From a bacterium (lineage in GTDB: Bacteria > SAR324 > NAC60-12), in NCBI GenBank assembly GCA_965209155.1, contig OZ242383.1, positions 3,808,001-3,872,000 of the forward strand: a DNA stretch of 64,000 nt. The letters run 5' to 3'. Shown here piece after piece: positions 18,975 to 30,700 of the stretch. The first letter of the stretch is position 1, and each line of letters begins with the position of its first letter. The notes under the pieces were generated by a model. That model was not told where the DNA came from. It saw nothing but the letters and a program-made list of their open reading frames with translations, and searched no databases. Made by a program: the position numbers and the translations under genes.

Positions 18975-19667
18975 ATGGAAAAGCAGTCGTTGATCACCCT
19001 GGAAAGTCTCGATAAAACCTTTCCAATGGCGGACAGCTTGTTTTACGCCCTTACCCAGGTCTCATTCCGTCTTCAAGAAGGAGAATTTGTCGGATTGGTC
19101 GGACCCAGTGGATCGGGCAAAACTACTTTGCTCAATATTATAGGGGCGTTGGATAAGGCGTCAAGGGGAATTGTCCGGGTATTGGGCCAGGAAATCAGCC
19201 AGCTCAGTGCGAAAGAAGCCGCAGCCCTGAGGCGTGAGTCTATGGGGTTCATCTTTCAAACCCACGGCTTGCTACCGGTTTACTCTGTCTATGAAAACGT
19301 GGAGTTGCCTTTACTTCTTATAGATATGCCTGCCTCAAAACGTAAAAAGGCTGTTTTGGAAACCCTGGAACGGGTGGGACTGACAGATAAATTGTACAAC
19401 AAACCCAACCAACTTTCTGGTGGACAGTGTCAACGCGTAGCGATAGCCAGGGTGATGGTCAAGCGTCCAAAAATTGTCCTTGCCGATGAACCAACGGCTA
19501 ATCTAGATGCTGAAAATTCCCATGCTGTTTTACAAACCATGAAGCAACTCAATCAGGAACTAAAAACCACCTTTCTGTTTTCCACTCACGATGAGAAAGT
19601 GATTGCCTATCTTCAACGAAAAATTACTTTGATGGATGGGAAAGTGGTGAAGGATGAACGGCTATGA
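18975..19667 (+). CDS. ABC transporter ATP-binding protein (LolD/MacB-like)
   Basis: GPSGSGKT, LSGGQ and ADEPTANLD motifs. Confidence 0.93.
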   Translation: MEKQSLITLESLDKTFPMADSLFYALTQVSFRLQEGEFVGLVGPSGSGKTTLLNIIGALDKASRGIVRVLGQEISQLSAKEAAALRRESMGFIFQTHGLLPVYSVYENVELPLLLIDMPASKRKKAVLETLERVGLTDKLYNKPNQLSGGQCQRVAIARVMVKRPKIVLADEPTANLDAENSHAVLQTMKQLNQELKTTFLFSTHDEKVIAYLQRKITLMDGKVVKDERL

Positions 19668-20842
19668 TCCTATTCCGATTGTCTTTTCGTAATATCATTT
19701 CTGCCGGATTGAGAACCTGGCTCAATACCTTCGTCCTTGCCTTGACCTTTATTATCATTGTACTTCTCCAAGGGATCAATGACGGATTATACCAACAAAT
19801 GGCGCAATCCCGCATTGACGACGAACTAGGTTCTGGTCAACTCTGGCACAGGAACTATGATCCTTTCGACCCTCTCACTCTGGACACAAGCCATGCCAGA
19901 ATTCCTTCATTTCTGCATGAGAACATTCGTAATAAACTCATAGCTCCGATCTTGATCATTCCTGCGGTGATATACCCCCAGGGACGCATCCAATCCATTG
20001 TATTAAAAGGTATCGCACCGGAACAAGAGATATTAAAACTGCCGACTCACGAAATGAAGCAATCGGATTCCGGCGATGCCATTCCCGTCATGATTGGCAG
20101 GCGGATGGCAGAACACGCTCGCCTGGAGTTGGGAGAACAGGTAACGGTGCGTTGGCGCAATAGCGAAGGAGCGTTTGATGCGTTGGAACTAACCTTGGTC
20201 AATATCTTCCACACGGATGTCCCTGCTGTGGATCAAGGACAGATATGGTTGCCTCTCAACCGCCTACAAGTGATGTACCAAACTGCGGACCATGCCACGC
20301 TGTTAGTGATGGGAAACGTGGAAGTTCCACAAAACAACACTTCGCCTTGGCGTTTTCATTCCCTGGAGGATCTACTGATCGATACCCGGCAGTTGCTTCA
20401 GGCGAAATCAGCCGGCTCCAGTTTCTTTTATGCGCTACTTCTTTTTTTAGCATTGATCGCCATCTTTGACACCCAGGCCTTGTCCCTTTTCAGGAGGCAA
20501 AAAGAAGTTGGTACGCTGATGGCCATGGGTATGACACAACGGCAAGTTGTCGGAATCTTCATGTTGGAGGGGGTTTGGCAGGGCGTGCTGGCTGCATTGT
20601 CAGCCCTCCTCATTGGTTTTCCAATTGGATGGTATCTTGCCGTGGAAGGTTATTCGTTTCCGGTTCCTACGGATCAATTCGGCCTTGCCATCAGCAGTCA
20701 CCTTTATGCGTATTTCAGTCTGAAGTTGGTTCTGGGGACGTTCCTGATTGTGATGATGATGCTCACTTTCGTCAGCTATTGGCCAGCCCGCAAAATCGCC
20801 GGTCTCTTGCCTGCCGATGCCTTGAGAGGAAAGTGGATATGA
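19664..20842 (+). CDS. ABC transporter permease (FtsX/LolE-like)
   Basis: N-terminal TM, periplasmic domain, RRQKEVGTLMAMG, PADALR. Confidence 0.9.
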   Translation: MILFRLSFRNIISAGLRTWLNTFVLALTFIIIVLLQGINDGLYQQMAQSRIDDELGSGQLWHRNYDPFDPLTLDTSHARIPSFLHENIRNKLIAPILIIPAVIYPQGRIQSIVLKGIAPEQEILKLPTHEMKQSDSGDAIPVMIGRRMAEHARLELGEQVTVRWRNSEGAFDALELTLVNIFHTDVPAVDQGQIWLPLNRLQVMYQTADHATLLVMGNVEVPQNNTSPWRFHSLEDLLIDTRQLLQAKSAGSSFFYALLLFLALIAIFDTQALSLFRRQKEVGTLMAMGMTQRQVVGIFMLEGVWQGVLAALSALLIGFPIGWYLAVEGYSFPVPTDQFGLAISSHLYAYFSLKLVLGTFLIVMMMLTFVSYWPARKIAGLLPADALRGKWI

Positions 20843-22116
20843 TCCTTTTTTTAATCAAGGGGTTGTTGCGTGATCGTTACCGTAGCATGTTTTCCTTGGC
20901 GATCGTAATTGCAGGCGTTTCCCTGACCGTTTTTATGCGCAACTGGATTGAAGGATCATACCAGGATATGATTGAAACATCAGCTCGACTGAAATCCGGT
21001 CATCTCAAAGTCATCACACGAATCTACGCACGGGAAGCGTTGCAAAATCCCATTGATTCAGCTCTTTTTGAGGCAGAGCGCTGGCAGCGTGAATTGCGTC
21101 AAAATTATCCGTCGGTGCAATGGCAACTTCGTATTCGCTTTGGTGGTTTGTTGGATTTCCCGGACGAATTCGGGGAAACCCTTATCCAGGCACAGGTTAC
21201 TGGGATAGCGATCGATCTTTTTTCCGAAGATAGTGGGGAATTTGAATTGTTTCGTTTGAAGGAGTCCCTTGTCCGAGGACGGCTTCCCGAAAGCCCTGGC
21301 GAAATTCTGGTCAGCGATTCTTTTTTTGAAAAACTCCAGCTGGAGCTCGGACAAACAGGTACGTTGTTCAGCTCCGGAATGGATGGAAGGTTGGCGGTTT
21401 ACAATTTCAAGGTTGTGGGGACCCTTTCCTTTGGAATCAAAGCTCTCGACCGGAGCGCAATGTTGGCGCAAGTCAGCGATGCGCAGGAGGCATTGGGCAT
21501 GGGAGATGCTACTACGGAGATTTTCGGTTATTTCTACCATAAGCATTTCCTCGCTGAACAAGCAGAGCGAATCCGGGATGATTTCAATTCACGATATGGC
21601 GTTGCGAATGATCCCTTTTCCCCTTTCATGATCACATTGAAGGAACAGGAGGGGATGGGGGAAACTTTGGAAGTGATCAATGCTTTTACGTTTATTATTG
21701 TGGGGTTGTTTGTGTTCGTCATGGCGGTAGTGCTTTGGAATACCGGGTTGATGAGCGGTATTCGACGCTACGGGGAAATAGGAGTGCGGCTGGCGATGGG
21801 GGAAACTCGGGAGCATATTTATTTCACGCTTTTGAGCGAATCCTTGATTGTTGGAATCAGCGGTTCGCTCATTGGTACGTTGTTGGGACTGGTCCCCAGC
21901 TATTATTTTCAAGAAGTCGGCGTCGATTTTAGCGGGATTTTCAGTAATACTGCAGGAGTGTTGATTCCGAATGTGAGGTACTCCCTGGTCACGGTGGATA
22001 GTTACTGGATCGGCTTCATTCCGGGTGTGATGGCAACATTGTTTGGATCTATGATTTCCGGACTGGCAATTTACAAACGTCAGACTGCCGAACTATTCAA
22101 GGAGCTTGAACGATGA
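20839..22116 (+). CDS. ABC transporter permease (FtsX/LolE-like)
   Basis: ATGA overlap with the upstream gene; RRYGEIGVRLAMG motif. Confidence 0.88.
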   Translation: MILFLIKGLLRDRYRSMFSLAIVIAGVSLTVFMRNWIEGSYQDMIETSARLKSGHLKVITRIYAREALQNPIDSALFEAERWQRELRQNYPSVQWQLRIRFGGLLDFPDEFGETLIQAQVTGIAIDLFSEDSGEFELFRLKESLVRGRLPESPGEILVSDSFFEKLQLELGQTGTLFSSGMDGRLAVYNFKVVGTLSFGIKALDRSAMLAQVSDAQEALGMGDATTEIFGYFYHKHFLAEQAERIRDDFNSRYGVANDPFSPFMITLKEQEGMGETLEVINAFTFIIVGLFVFVMAVVLWNTGLMSGIRRYGEIGVRLAMGETREHIYFTLLSESLIVGISGSLIGTLLGLVPSYYFQEVGVDFSGIFSNTAGVLIPNVRYSLVTVDSYWIGFIPGVMATLFGSMISGLAIYKRQTAELFKELER

Positions 22117-22850
22117 AAAAAGGTTTATTCTTTCTGTTGAGTTGGCTTGTTCCTCACTTCTTGTGGGCAAGTCCCACTGCGCTTGAAATATTAAGTCGAG
22201 TGGATCAAAATCTGACAACTGAGAATTTGGTCACGATTACTTCATTTATTATTCATGGCGTGCGGGGTTCACGTACCATCAAAGTGCAAAGTTGGACTCA
22301 AGGCAGGGAACGCTCGTTTAGCGAGTACCTGGCGCCTCCTCGCGAAAAAGGAACCAAGATGCTTAAAATCGAGAATAATTTATGGACGTACTATCCCCGC
22401 GCTGACCGGGTGATCAAGATTGCCGGGCACATGCTCCGCCAGTCCGTAATGGGGTCGGATCTCTCCTACGAAGACATGATGGAAAACAACCAACTCGTGG
22501 AAGACTATGTGGGAGTGCTGGAGGGTGATGACCTGTTTATGGACCGCTCTTGTTGGATTCTACGCTTGAAGGCGAAACGGAATAACGTCGCCTACCCATC
22601 CCGCAAGCTTTTGGTGGATCAAGAGCGTTTTCTCCCTTTAAAAGAGGAACTGTACGCAAAAAGTGGAAAATTGCTGAAAATAGTAGAAATTCGTGAAGTA
22701 TTTCATGCGCAGGAGCGCTGGTATCCTCGCATAATCTGGTATAAAGACGTGTTAAAAAAAGGGGACGGTACAGAAATTCACATCCATGATGTTGAATTTG
22801 ACGCAAAAATTCAACCATCCCGTTTTTCCAAAGCTGCCCTGCGGAGATAA
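22113..22850 (+). CDS. outer membrane lipoprotein-sorting (LolA-like) protein
   Basis: signal peptide, PPREKGTKML and MGSDLSYEDM motifs. Confidence 0.85.
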   Translation: MKKGLFFLLSWLVPHFLWASPTALEILSRVDQNLTTENLVTITSFIIHGVRGSRTIKVQSWTQGRERSFSEYLAPPREKGTKMLKIENNLWTYYPRADRVIKIAGHMLRQSVMGSDLSYEDMMENNQLVEDYVGVLEGDDLFMDRSCWILRLKAKRNNVAYPSRKLLVDQERFLPLKEELYAKSGKLLKIVEIREVFHAQERWYPRIIWYKDVLKKGDGTEIHIHDVEFDAKIQPSRFSKAALRR

Positions 22851-22879
22851 ATACGGAAATTCCCTGAAAAAGGAACAAC

Positions 22880-23401
22880 ATGAGCCAGACATATTTCAGT
22901 TACGTACAAACGCCCATTGGTGAACTATTGGTTGCCGGGACGGAATCGGTACTCAAATTGATCAGTTTCCCCGGTGATACGCAAAGACGATTTCCACAGG
23001 CCTGTTGGGTTGAAGAGAGTCGGCCCCTCACTCCGGTGATCGAGCAACTCAAGGCATATTTCGATGGAAAATTGCGTTCTTTTGACCTGGCGCTTTCTTT
23101 GGAAGGTACGAGTTTCCAAAAAGAGGTATGGCAGGCACTGCAGGAAATCCCCTACGGCCAAACCGCTTCATATGGTGAAATTGCCTTAAAAATTGGAAGA
23201 CCTGAAGCGGTCCGGGCCGTTGGAGTTGCCAATGGAAAAAATCCTCTCCCCATCGTCATCCCTTGTCACCGGGTGATTGGTAAGTCTGGAGATTTGATTG
23301 GATTCGGGGGAGGATTGGAACTCAAGGAAAAGCTGCTTTCCCTGGAGCGGCAAGTGGTTTCCCCGCAAATGAATTTTTCATTTCCCGTTTCGAGTGAATG
23401 A
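22880..23401 (+). CDS. ogt: methylated-DNA-[protein]-cysteine S-methyltransferase
   Basis: GTSFQKEVW, IPYG and IPCHRV active-site motif. Confidence 0.95.
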   Translation: MSQTYFSYVQTPIGELLVAGTESVLKLISFPGDTQRRFPQACWVEESRPLTPVIEQLKAYFDGKLRSFDLALSLEGTSFQKEVWQALQEIPYGQTASYGEIALKIGRPEAVRAVGVANGKNPLPIVIPCHRVIGKSGDLIGFGGGLELKEKLLSLERQVVSPQMNFSFPVSSE

Positions 23402-23545
23402 GTTCTTGCGTCTCCAGGAGAATCCGTCTATCTTTCTTATGTTTCAAAAATCCGAGTGACCTGCGAATTGGGCAATCAATACCTTCTATGCAGATGGTTG
23501 ACTAAGTGGGTCGTGTGAATCGAGATCGAGCAAAGGAAATCAATC

Positions 23546-24502
23546 ATGGAAGTTCCACTGGAAAAGACAGTCAAATTTGGACTGATGACCCGGCTACCCA
23601 ACCCGGACGAGTGCCGGGCAACGGTTGAATTGTTGGAGTCATTGGAATTTGATTCACTATGGGTAGGCGACCATATTGCCTTCACGGTGCCTATATTGGA
23701 TCCATTGTTACAACTCTCCCATGCCGCTGCTTATTCCCGACGTCTGGTATTCGGCACATCCGTCTATCTGTTGCCATTGCGGCATCCAACGACGGTTGCC
23801 AAGCAGATGGCCACGCTGGATCATTTGACCGAAGGAAGATTCATTGCGGGTGTGGGAGTGGGAGGGGAATTCCCAAACGAATTCGCAGCTTGCGGAGTTC
23901 CGGTTGAAGAGCGAGGTGCCCGGCTTTCCGAAGGTATTTCGGTGTTACGCAAACTTTGGAGCGGGGACACAGTCGAAAACAAGGGAAAGTTTTACCATTT
24001 TCCTCAAGTACGAATGCAACCGGTTCCAAGACAGCTAGGAGGACCACCCATTTGGTGCGGGGGACGCTCTCAAGCCGCTTTGAAGCGGGCAGGGCGCATC
24101 GCAAATGGATATATCTCCTACGTAGTGACACCGGAGATGTACAAATCTGCACTGGAAACGATTGGGGATTCCGCAAACGCTGCAAATCGTCAATTGAAGA
24201 GTTTCGGAACGGGGCATTTGATATTTATAAGACTGGACAACACTTATGAGCGCGCGTGGGATGTGGCGACCGAATATCTCAGTATCCGATACGCCATGGA
24301 TTTCCGCAAAGCCGCACAAAAATATGCGTTGTTGGGACGTCCGGAAGACGTGGCAGAGCAACTCGCCGAGTTTCATGCCGCAGGAATACGTCATTTCATT
24401 CTCGACATGGTGGGACCTCCCGAGCAACGAGACGAGCAACTCCAACTCTTTAACAGGGAAGTCCGACCATTGATTTCTGATTTTTTCAACAAAAATAACT
24501 GA
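23546..24502 (+). CDS. LLM-class (probably F420-dependent) oxidoreductase
   Basis: WVGDH, LDP, TLDHLTEGRF.GVGVG and PPIWCGG motifs; adjacent to npdG and cofC. Confidence 0.88.
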   Translation: MEVPLEKTVKFGLMTRLPNPDECRATVELLESLEFDSLWVGDHIAFTVPILDPLLQLSHAAAYSRRLVFGTSVYLLPLRHPTTVAKQMATLDHLTEGRFIAGVGVGGEFPNEFAACGVPVEERGARLSEGISVLRKLWSGDTVENKGKFYHFPQVRMQPVPRQLGGPPIWCGGRSQAALKRAGRIANGYISYVVTPEMYKSALETIGDSANAANRQLKSFGTGHLIFIRLDNTYERAWDVATEYLSIRYAMDFRKAAQKYALLGRPEDVAEQLAEFHAAGIRHFILDMVGPPEQRDEQLQLFNREVRPLISDFFNKNN

Positions 24503-24513
24503 GGAGCATTTTC

Positions 24514-25194
24514 ATGAACAATAAACGTCCTTGCCTGGCAATTCTCGGAGCAACCGGAGCATTGGGTAAGGGGTTGGCCTTGCGCTGGGCGAAAGCGGGC
24601 TACCCGATCATCATCGGCTCACGTGCTGCGGAAAAAGCGCAAAAGTCGGCAGAGGATTTGAAGCAACTATCCGGATTGGATTCAGTCCGGGGTATGGACA
24701 ATCGAAACGCTGCATCCGTGGGGGATATAGTCGTGCTTACAGTTCCATTTTCTAATCAGCGAGGTATCTTGGAATCCGTGCAGAGTGAATTGCAGGGGAA
24801 AATACTGGTGGACGCCACGGTTCCATTGATACCCCCCAGAGTGAGAACAGTGCAACTGCCCGCAGAAGGGTCGGCAGCCAAGGCCTCCCAAGAATTTTTG
24901 GGAGAAGGAGTGCGGGTCGTATCCGCATTTCAAAATATTGCGGCTGAGCATATGCAAGATGATCACGCCATCGATTGCGACATTCTGGTCTGCGGCAACG
25001 ACTCGGATGCCAGGGAAACCGTCATACAATTGATTTCAGCGCTGGGACTGCGAGGTTGGCATGCAGGACGGATTGATAATTCCACCGCAGCCGAAGCATT
25101 GACTTCACTTTTGATCTTCATCAATAATCGCTATAACATCAAAGGCGCGGGTTTTCGAATTACCGGAGAGCCAGAGTCGGCCATGGAAAATTAA
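24514..25194 (+). CDS. npdG: NADPH-dependent F420 reductase
   Basis: GATGALGKGLALRWA, IIGSR, VSAFQNI and AEALT motifs. Confidence 0.9.
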   Translation: MNNKRPCLAILGATGALGKGLALRWAKAGYPIIIGSRAAEKAQKSAEDLKQLSGLDSVRGMDNRNAASVGDIVVLTVPFSNQRGILESVQSELQGKILVDATVPLIPPRVRTVQLPAEGSAAKASQEFLGEGVRVVSAFQNIAAEHMQDDHAIDCDILVCGNDSDARETVIQLISALGLRGWHAGRIDNSTAAEALTSLLIFINNRYNIKGAGFRITGEPESAMEN

Positions 25195-25214
25195 TAATCG
25201 GAAAGATTGATTCA

Positions 25215-25853
25215 ATGTGGGCAGTGGTACCGGTCAAGGATATTGGAAAAGCAAAGCAACGCCTGGGGAGTGTTTTGGGAGTGGAAGAGAGGCGGAATCT
25301 GTTCCTCGTAATGGTGGAGGACGTACTGGCCGCTCTGGCAAAAGTGTCCCTTTTGGATGGGGTAATGATTGTTACTGGAGATCCGGAGGTCCAACGCCTG
25401 GCTACGCAATTTAAGGCGCGACTGCTTGAAGAATCCAAAAACCAGGGACATACCAGTGCGGTTGCCTATGCAGCTCGAGTTTTGAAGCAAGAAGGGGTTG
25501 ATGGTATGTTGCAAATCCCGGGAGACATACCATTAGTGCAAGCTGGCGAAGTAGAAGAAGTGCTCAGAGCCCATTCGCCGGCACCGTCCATCACCATTGT
25601 TCCATCTCATGATAAAATGGGATCTAATTGCGTTTTGTGCTCTCCGCCAGACGTCATCCCGCTCCGATTTGGAGAAAACAGTTTCTACCACCATCTTCAA
25701 TCCGCACGAAAACACGGACTATGCCCGCAAGTGATGACTTCACCAGGAATTGGTCTGGATATCGACACTCCGGAAGATTTAAGACTTTTGATTCAAAAAA
25801 TCATTCCCAACCGAACCGGAAATTTTCTCCAGAAAAGCAGGATCGCATTATAG
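25215..25853 (+). CDS. cofC: 2-phospho-L-lactate/PEP guanylyltransferase
   Basis: AVVPVK..AKQRL, DIPL, FGENSF.HH and DIDTPEDL motifs. Confidence 0.92.
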   Translation: MWAVVPVKDIGKAKQRLGSVLGVEERRNLFLVMVEDVLAALAKVSLLDGVMIVTGDPEVQRLATQFKARLLEESKNQGHTSAVAYAARVLKQEGVDGMLQIPGDIPLVQAGEVEEVLRAHSPAPSITIVPSHDKMGSNCVLCSPPDVIPLRFGENSFYHHLQSARKHGLCPQVMTSPGIGLDIDTPEDLRLLIQKIIPNRTGNFLQKSRIAL

Positions 25854-25925
25854 CCGGGTAGTGCGCTAATCGAAATTTTGATGGAAAGCGCCTTCAGTCA
25901 GAAACAATTGGACCTGCGGTCGTAG

Positions 25926-26840
25926 TCATGCGATGACCGCTTTTTTCTGCGCGTATTGCATGTAGCGTTCTTCAGGGGTTTGAATTGTCATCTTGCTGGT
26001 ATCCGTAATTGATTCCCAGTTTTCTGCAAATTGTTCCACACTGACAGGATCTTTCCCCAGAAAAATTCCGGGATTATACGCCACTTGGATGCGTCCGTAA
26101 AATCCATTACTGGCGTGGATGATATATGAGCTTGCCTCACATTGTTCTGAAACCAAATAAACAACCGCCGGCGTGACGTGCTCTGAATTTTCATCAATGA
26201 TGGGTCGATCAGGCGGGCGTTGCAGGTCTTCAGTCATCCGAGTCAAAGCTGCCGGAGATATAGTGTTGACCTTGATTCCGTACTTTTGTCCTTCGATGGC
26301 CAGTACATGCATCAGTCCCACCTGTCCGGTTTTGGCTGCACCGTAATTGCCTTGTCCGAAATTTCCGAACAACCCGGAAACCGAAGTAGTGAAAACTATT
26401 CTACCATAGTTGTTTTCTCGCATAACGAGCCAGGCGGGTTTGGCTACATTGTAGGCTCCGTTGAGGTGTACGTCAATGACGGCATGCCATTCCGCCGGGG
26501 TCATATTGGCAAAACTTCGATCTCGTAAAATCCCAGCGTTGTGGATTAAAATATCCAATTTCCCATATTTTTCAACAGCGCTGTTGATTATGGCCTGTCC
26601 TCCCTCATACGTGCCAACACTGTCATAATTAGCAATGGCTTCTCCTTGAAAAGCATGGATCTCCGCAACCGTCTTATCGGCCAAAGATCGAGATCCTCCT
26701 TGACCATGGCGATCACCTCCTAAATCATTGACGACCACTGCGCAACCTCTGCGAGCCAGTTCCAATGCATAGGTCTTTCCCAATCCTCCTCCCGCTCCGG
26801 TGACGACGGCAATCCTGCCTACAAAATTAATCTCGGACAT
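25926..26840 (-). CDS. SDR family 3-hydroxyacyl-CoA dehydrogenase-like
   Basis: TGAGGGLG, VNDLG, NAGILRD and YGAAK motifs. Confidence 0.92.
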   Translation of the reverse strand: MSEINFVGRIAVVTGAGGGLGKTYALELARRGCAVVVNDLGGDRHGQGGSRSLADKTVAEIHAFQGEAIANYDSVGTYEGGQAIINSAVEKYGKLDILIHNAGILRDRSFANMTPAEWHAVIDVHLNGAYNVAKPAWLVMRENNYGRIVFTTSVSGLFGNFGQGNYGAAKTGQVGLMHVLAIEGQKYGIKVNTISPAALTRMTEDLQRPPDRPIIDENSEHVTPAVVYLVSEQCEASSYIIHASNGFYGRIQVAYNPGIFLGKDPVSVEQFAENWESITDTSKMTIQTPEERYMQYAQKKAVIA

Positions 26841-27347
26841 TATATCTTCCTGAAAAATCTCGATTGATATGTATATATGAAAATTTATTTAATATCCTGA
26901 TTTATCTGTCATTCCTGTTATTGAAGATTTATGTCGAACTCAGCTTAATACTTTCTTGCAGGACCGACCTCTACATAATATCATTCATTTCAAATTTAAA
27001 ACAATTTGAGAAAATATGGAAATTGTTTCTTGAGATTTTTTTACTCGATTTGTAGAAAATAATAATCGGCATATTATGTTTCTTTATCACTATCACCCAT
27101 ATCCAATTCCAAATCTCATAAATCACTGCCATCATCCAAACCACTTAAACACTCTAAACTCATCATCCACCCTAAATTCGTCCCGAATACAAAAAAATTT
27201 CAGAAACCTTTTATATTGACCGTGGACGGAATTTTATTTTTAATAAGGTCGAGATATGAAAACCGGCTGAAAAATCGAACAAGAGCCGTTTGCAGAGGAG
27301 TTTTTTTGAAAAGGTACTGAAAAATCTCAAAAATTTAATGCACTATC

Positions 27348-27479
27348 ATGCGAATCAGGAGTTGAAATTTAATTGATCAAATCAAAAATTTAATAATTGT
27401 GATGTGTCATCCTTGTCCCGGATCATCCTGGTCCCGGATCAAGCCAGGAATAACACCTTTTTTAACTCCAGATTCACGT
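27348..27479. repeat. family-B MITE-like element with internal REP-like palindrome
   Basis: TIRs ATGCGAATCAGGAGTT / AACTCCAGATTCACGT; matches 37204-37340. Confidence 0.8.
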
Positions 27480-27725
27480 GCACTACGATAGAAGAAAATG
27501 AAAATTGGTTATATGTTTGTTAATTTACATTATCGCACATATAAATTTATCAGTAACAATTTTCATTGGAAGAAAATGGAGATTCGTTTTTCAAAGCTGA
27601 AAAATCCTGTGAGAACTGCTTGATGATTCTGAACTGAGTGTTAATATTCAGACACGAGTTGATTTCACGGACTCTGCCGATCATATCGTATACATTTACA
27701 TATCAAGATTGAATTTCCTCATTTT

Positions 27726-30700
27726 ATGACGCAACAATTCACTCACCTGCATCTTCACACCCAATATTCCTTGATGCAGGGAGCAATTCTTATCAAATCG
27801 CTTGTAAATGCGCTTCAGGAGTTGGGATATGAAGCGTGCGCAATTACGGACCATGGCAACATGTTTGGTGCGATCGAGTTCTATCATGCGCTGAAAAGCC
27901 AGAATCTCACACCCATTATTGGAACGGGAATTTACGTTGCCGATGGGTCGAGACACAAGCGCGACTATGAAAAGAGAGGCCCCAACGCCCACCAGACGAT
28001 TTTATTGTGTCAGGACCGTAAAGGCTATCATAACCTGAATTATCTATCGAGTTTAGCTTACACGGAAGGAAAGTTTTATGGCGTACCAAGGGTGGACCAC
28101 GAACTTTTAGAACAAAACAATGAAGGATTGATCGCCCTCAGCGCCGGTCTCGATGGAGATCTTGCGCAGCATTTACGCAAGGGGCGTTTGGATGAGGCGC
28201 GATCCCTCGCGTCGTGGTACCGCGATGTTTTTGCAGGACGATATTATTTTGAATTGCAGGTCACGGACCATATTGAACAAAATGAACTGAATTCCCAATT
28301 GATGGCGCTCTCAGGGGAATTGGACATTCCATTGGTTGCTACGAACGACTGCCATTACCTCAAAGAAAAGGATGTGTACGCCCACTATATTCTGGAATTG
28401 ATGGGATTGCAAAAACGAGTCTCGGATTTGGATAAACCATCCATGAAATCCAATCAACTCTATTTAAAAAGTCCAGAAGAAATGCAGACTGCTTTTTCTT
28501 CCTATCCCCAGGAAGTGTTGACCAATAGCGTATTGATTGCAGAACAATGCAAGCTGTCCCTGGAAAACAATTCGTATTATTTCCCAAAATTTGAAATTCC
28601 GACGGACGATACCCTGGATTCTTATTTGATCCGTCAAGCCCGTCAAGGACTGCAAAAACGTTTGGAAAATCTATACGAACTGTACAATCCTGCTGATTCT
28701 TTTGAAGCATTCCGCAGTCCTTATGATGAACGGTTGGAATTTGAATTGAATGTGATCATCCAAATGGAGTTTCCCGGGTATTTCCTCATAGTCGCAGACT
28801 TTGTCAATTGGGCAAAAGACCATGAAATTCTGGTTGGACCGGGAAGGGGATCGGGAGCCGCATCGTTGGTGGCGTATGCATTGAGGATTACGGATGTCGA
28901 TCCTTTGCGATACGGATTACTCTTCGAACGATTTCTCAATCCGGATCGTATCAGCTTGCCTGACTTTGATATCGATTTTGAGGTAAACGGACGGGAAGCG
29001 GTAATCAATTACGTACGGAATAAATATGGTGAAAACAATGTCTGCCAGATCGCTACTTTTCAATCTTTGGGAGCCAAAGCAGCCATCCGGAATGTGGCCA
29101 GAGTCCTGGATTTTCCTTATGTGGAAGCAGATAAAATTGCCAGGTTGATTCCCAATAAACCAGGAATCGATTTAAATGAATCGTTGCAGCAAGAACCGGA
29201 TCTGGCCCGTATTGAACGGGAGGGGACTGAAAATGAGCAAAAATTAATCGGACTGGCAAAAAGTCTGGAAGGGTTGAATACTCATTTAGGGACTCATGCG
29301 GCCGGAGTTATTATTATGGATTGTGACATTCGAGAAGTGATGCCCGTTTGTACCGGAAAGGAGGAGTCCCTGCAGTCCATGTATACCATGAAATATGCTG
29401 AAGATCAGGGAGCTGTCAAATTCGATTTTCTCGGACTGTTGACCTTGTCGATCATCGAAGCGGCAATCAAGCTTATCCACAGGCAAGATCCTCAGAGCAA
29501 TGGAAGGGTCCCTTTTAAAATCGAAATGATTCCAATGGATGATCCACTGACTTTCGAACTGCTTTGTCATGGAAATACAACGGGGGTTTTTCAACTGGAA
29601 TCGTCTGGTATGAGAAAGCTCGTTCATGACATGCAACCCAGCACGTTTGGAGACATTGTGGCTATCCTTGCGCTATTTCGTCCGGGACCTCTTGGTTCCG
29701 GCATGGTGGATGATTTCATTCAATGTAAACATGGACGTAAACAAATAGTCTACCCTCATAAATTGATGATTCCCATTTTAGAGGAAACTTATGGGGTGAT
29801 GGTATACCAGGAACAAATCATACAGGCGGTGCAGGTGCTGGCGGGATTTACTCTGGGACAAGCAGATTTGTTGAGAAGGGCCATTGGTAAAAAAATTGCG
29901 GAGGTCCTGGCAGAACAACGCCAGAATTTTGTACAAGGCTGTCTCAACAATAGAGAATATGTTTCGGGATGTGGATCGGAATCTCCGGAACAAAAAGCCA
30001 ACGAAATCTTTGATCTGATTGACTATTTTTCTGGATATGGATTCAACAAATCGCACACGGTTGCTTATGGTTTGATCAGTTATCAGACCGCTTACCTCAA
30101 GGCGCATTATCCGGTGCAATTCATGGCGGCTTTGCTCAATTGTAGTATGAATCAACCGGAAAAGGTGGTCAACTTCATCAGTGAATGTAAGGAAATGGGA
30201 ATTGAAGTGTTGCCTCCCGACGTCAATCAAAGTGTTAACGAATTTACGGTTTCCTTCCTCCACTTTGAACTGACGACCAAGAGTCAATCAATGCTCGAGA
30301 GGTTGGAAATCCCGGTTTCAATATTGGATGTTTTAGGATCTCTGGAAAACAAAGTCTTCCAAACTAAAAATGAATTGTTGGCAGCATTGAAAAAGCTCGA
30401 GGATGAGCATGCAGGTGAAAGCGAGCGGATACTTTCATTTCAGCAAGAAATCGTCCGTGCCATGCGTGTCGAGGCCGTACGATTCGGACTCAGTGCCGTA
30501 AAAAACGTCGGAGGCAATGCGGTGGATGCGATATTGGAAGCACGCACGCAAAAAAAAGAAAATCGATTCACGAATTTTATGGAATTCATGAAAACGGTAG
30601 ACCTGACAAAAGTCAGTTCCAGGGTTTTGGAATCTTTTATAAAATGTGGCGCATTTGATTCTCTCAATTCCAATCGTGCCCAGTTGCTACAAGTGCTGGA

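Noticed and set aside
26850..27720. Replication origin
   Set aside because: AT-rich, but I saw no DnaA-box cluster and no dnaA, dnaN or gidA context.
30252..30464. Intein in dnaE
   Set aside because: Too short, and it lacks the C-terminal His-Asn plus Cys/Ser/Thr junction and block B motif.
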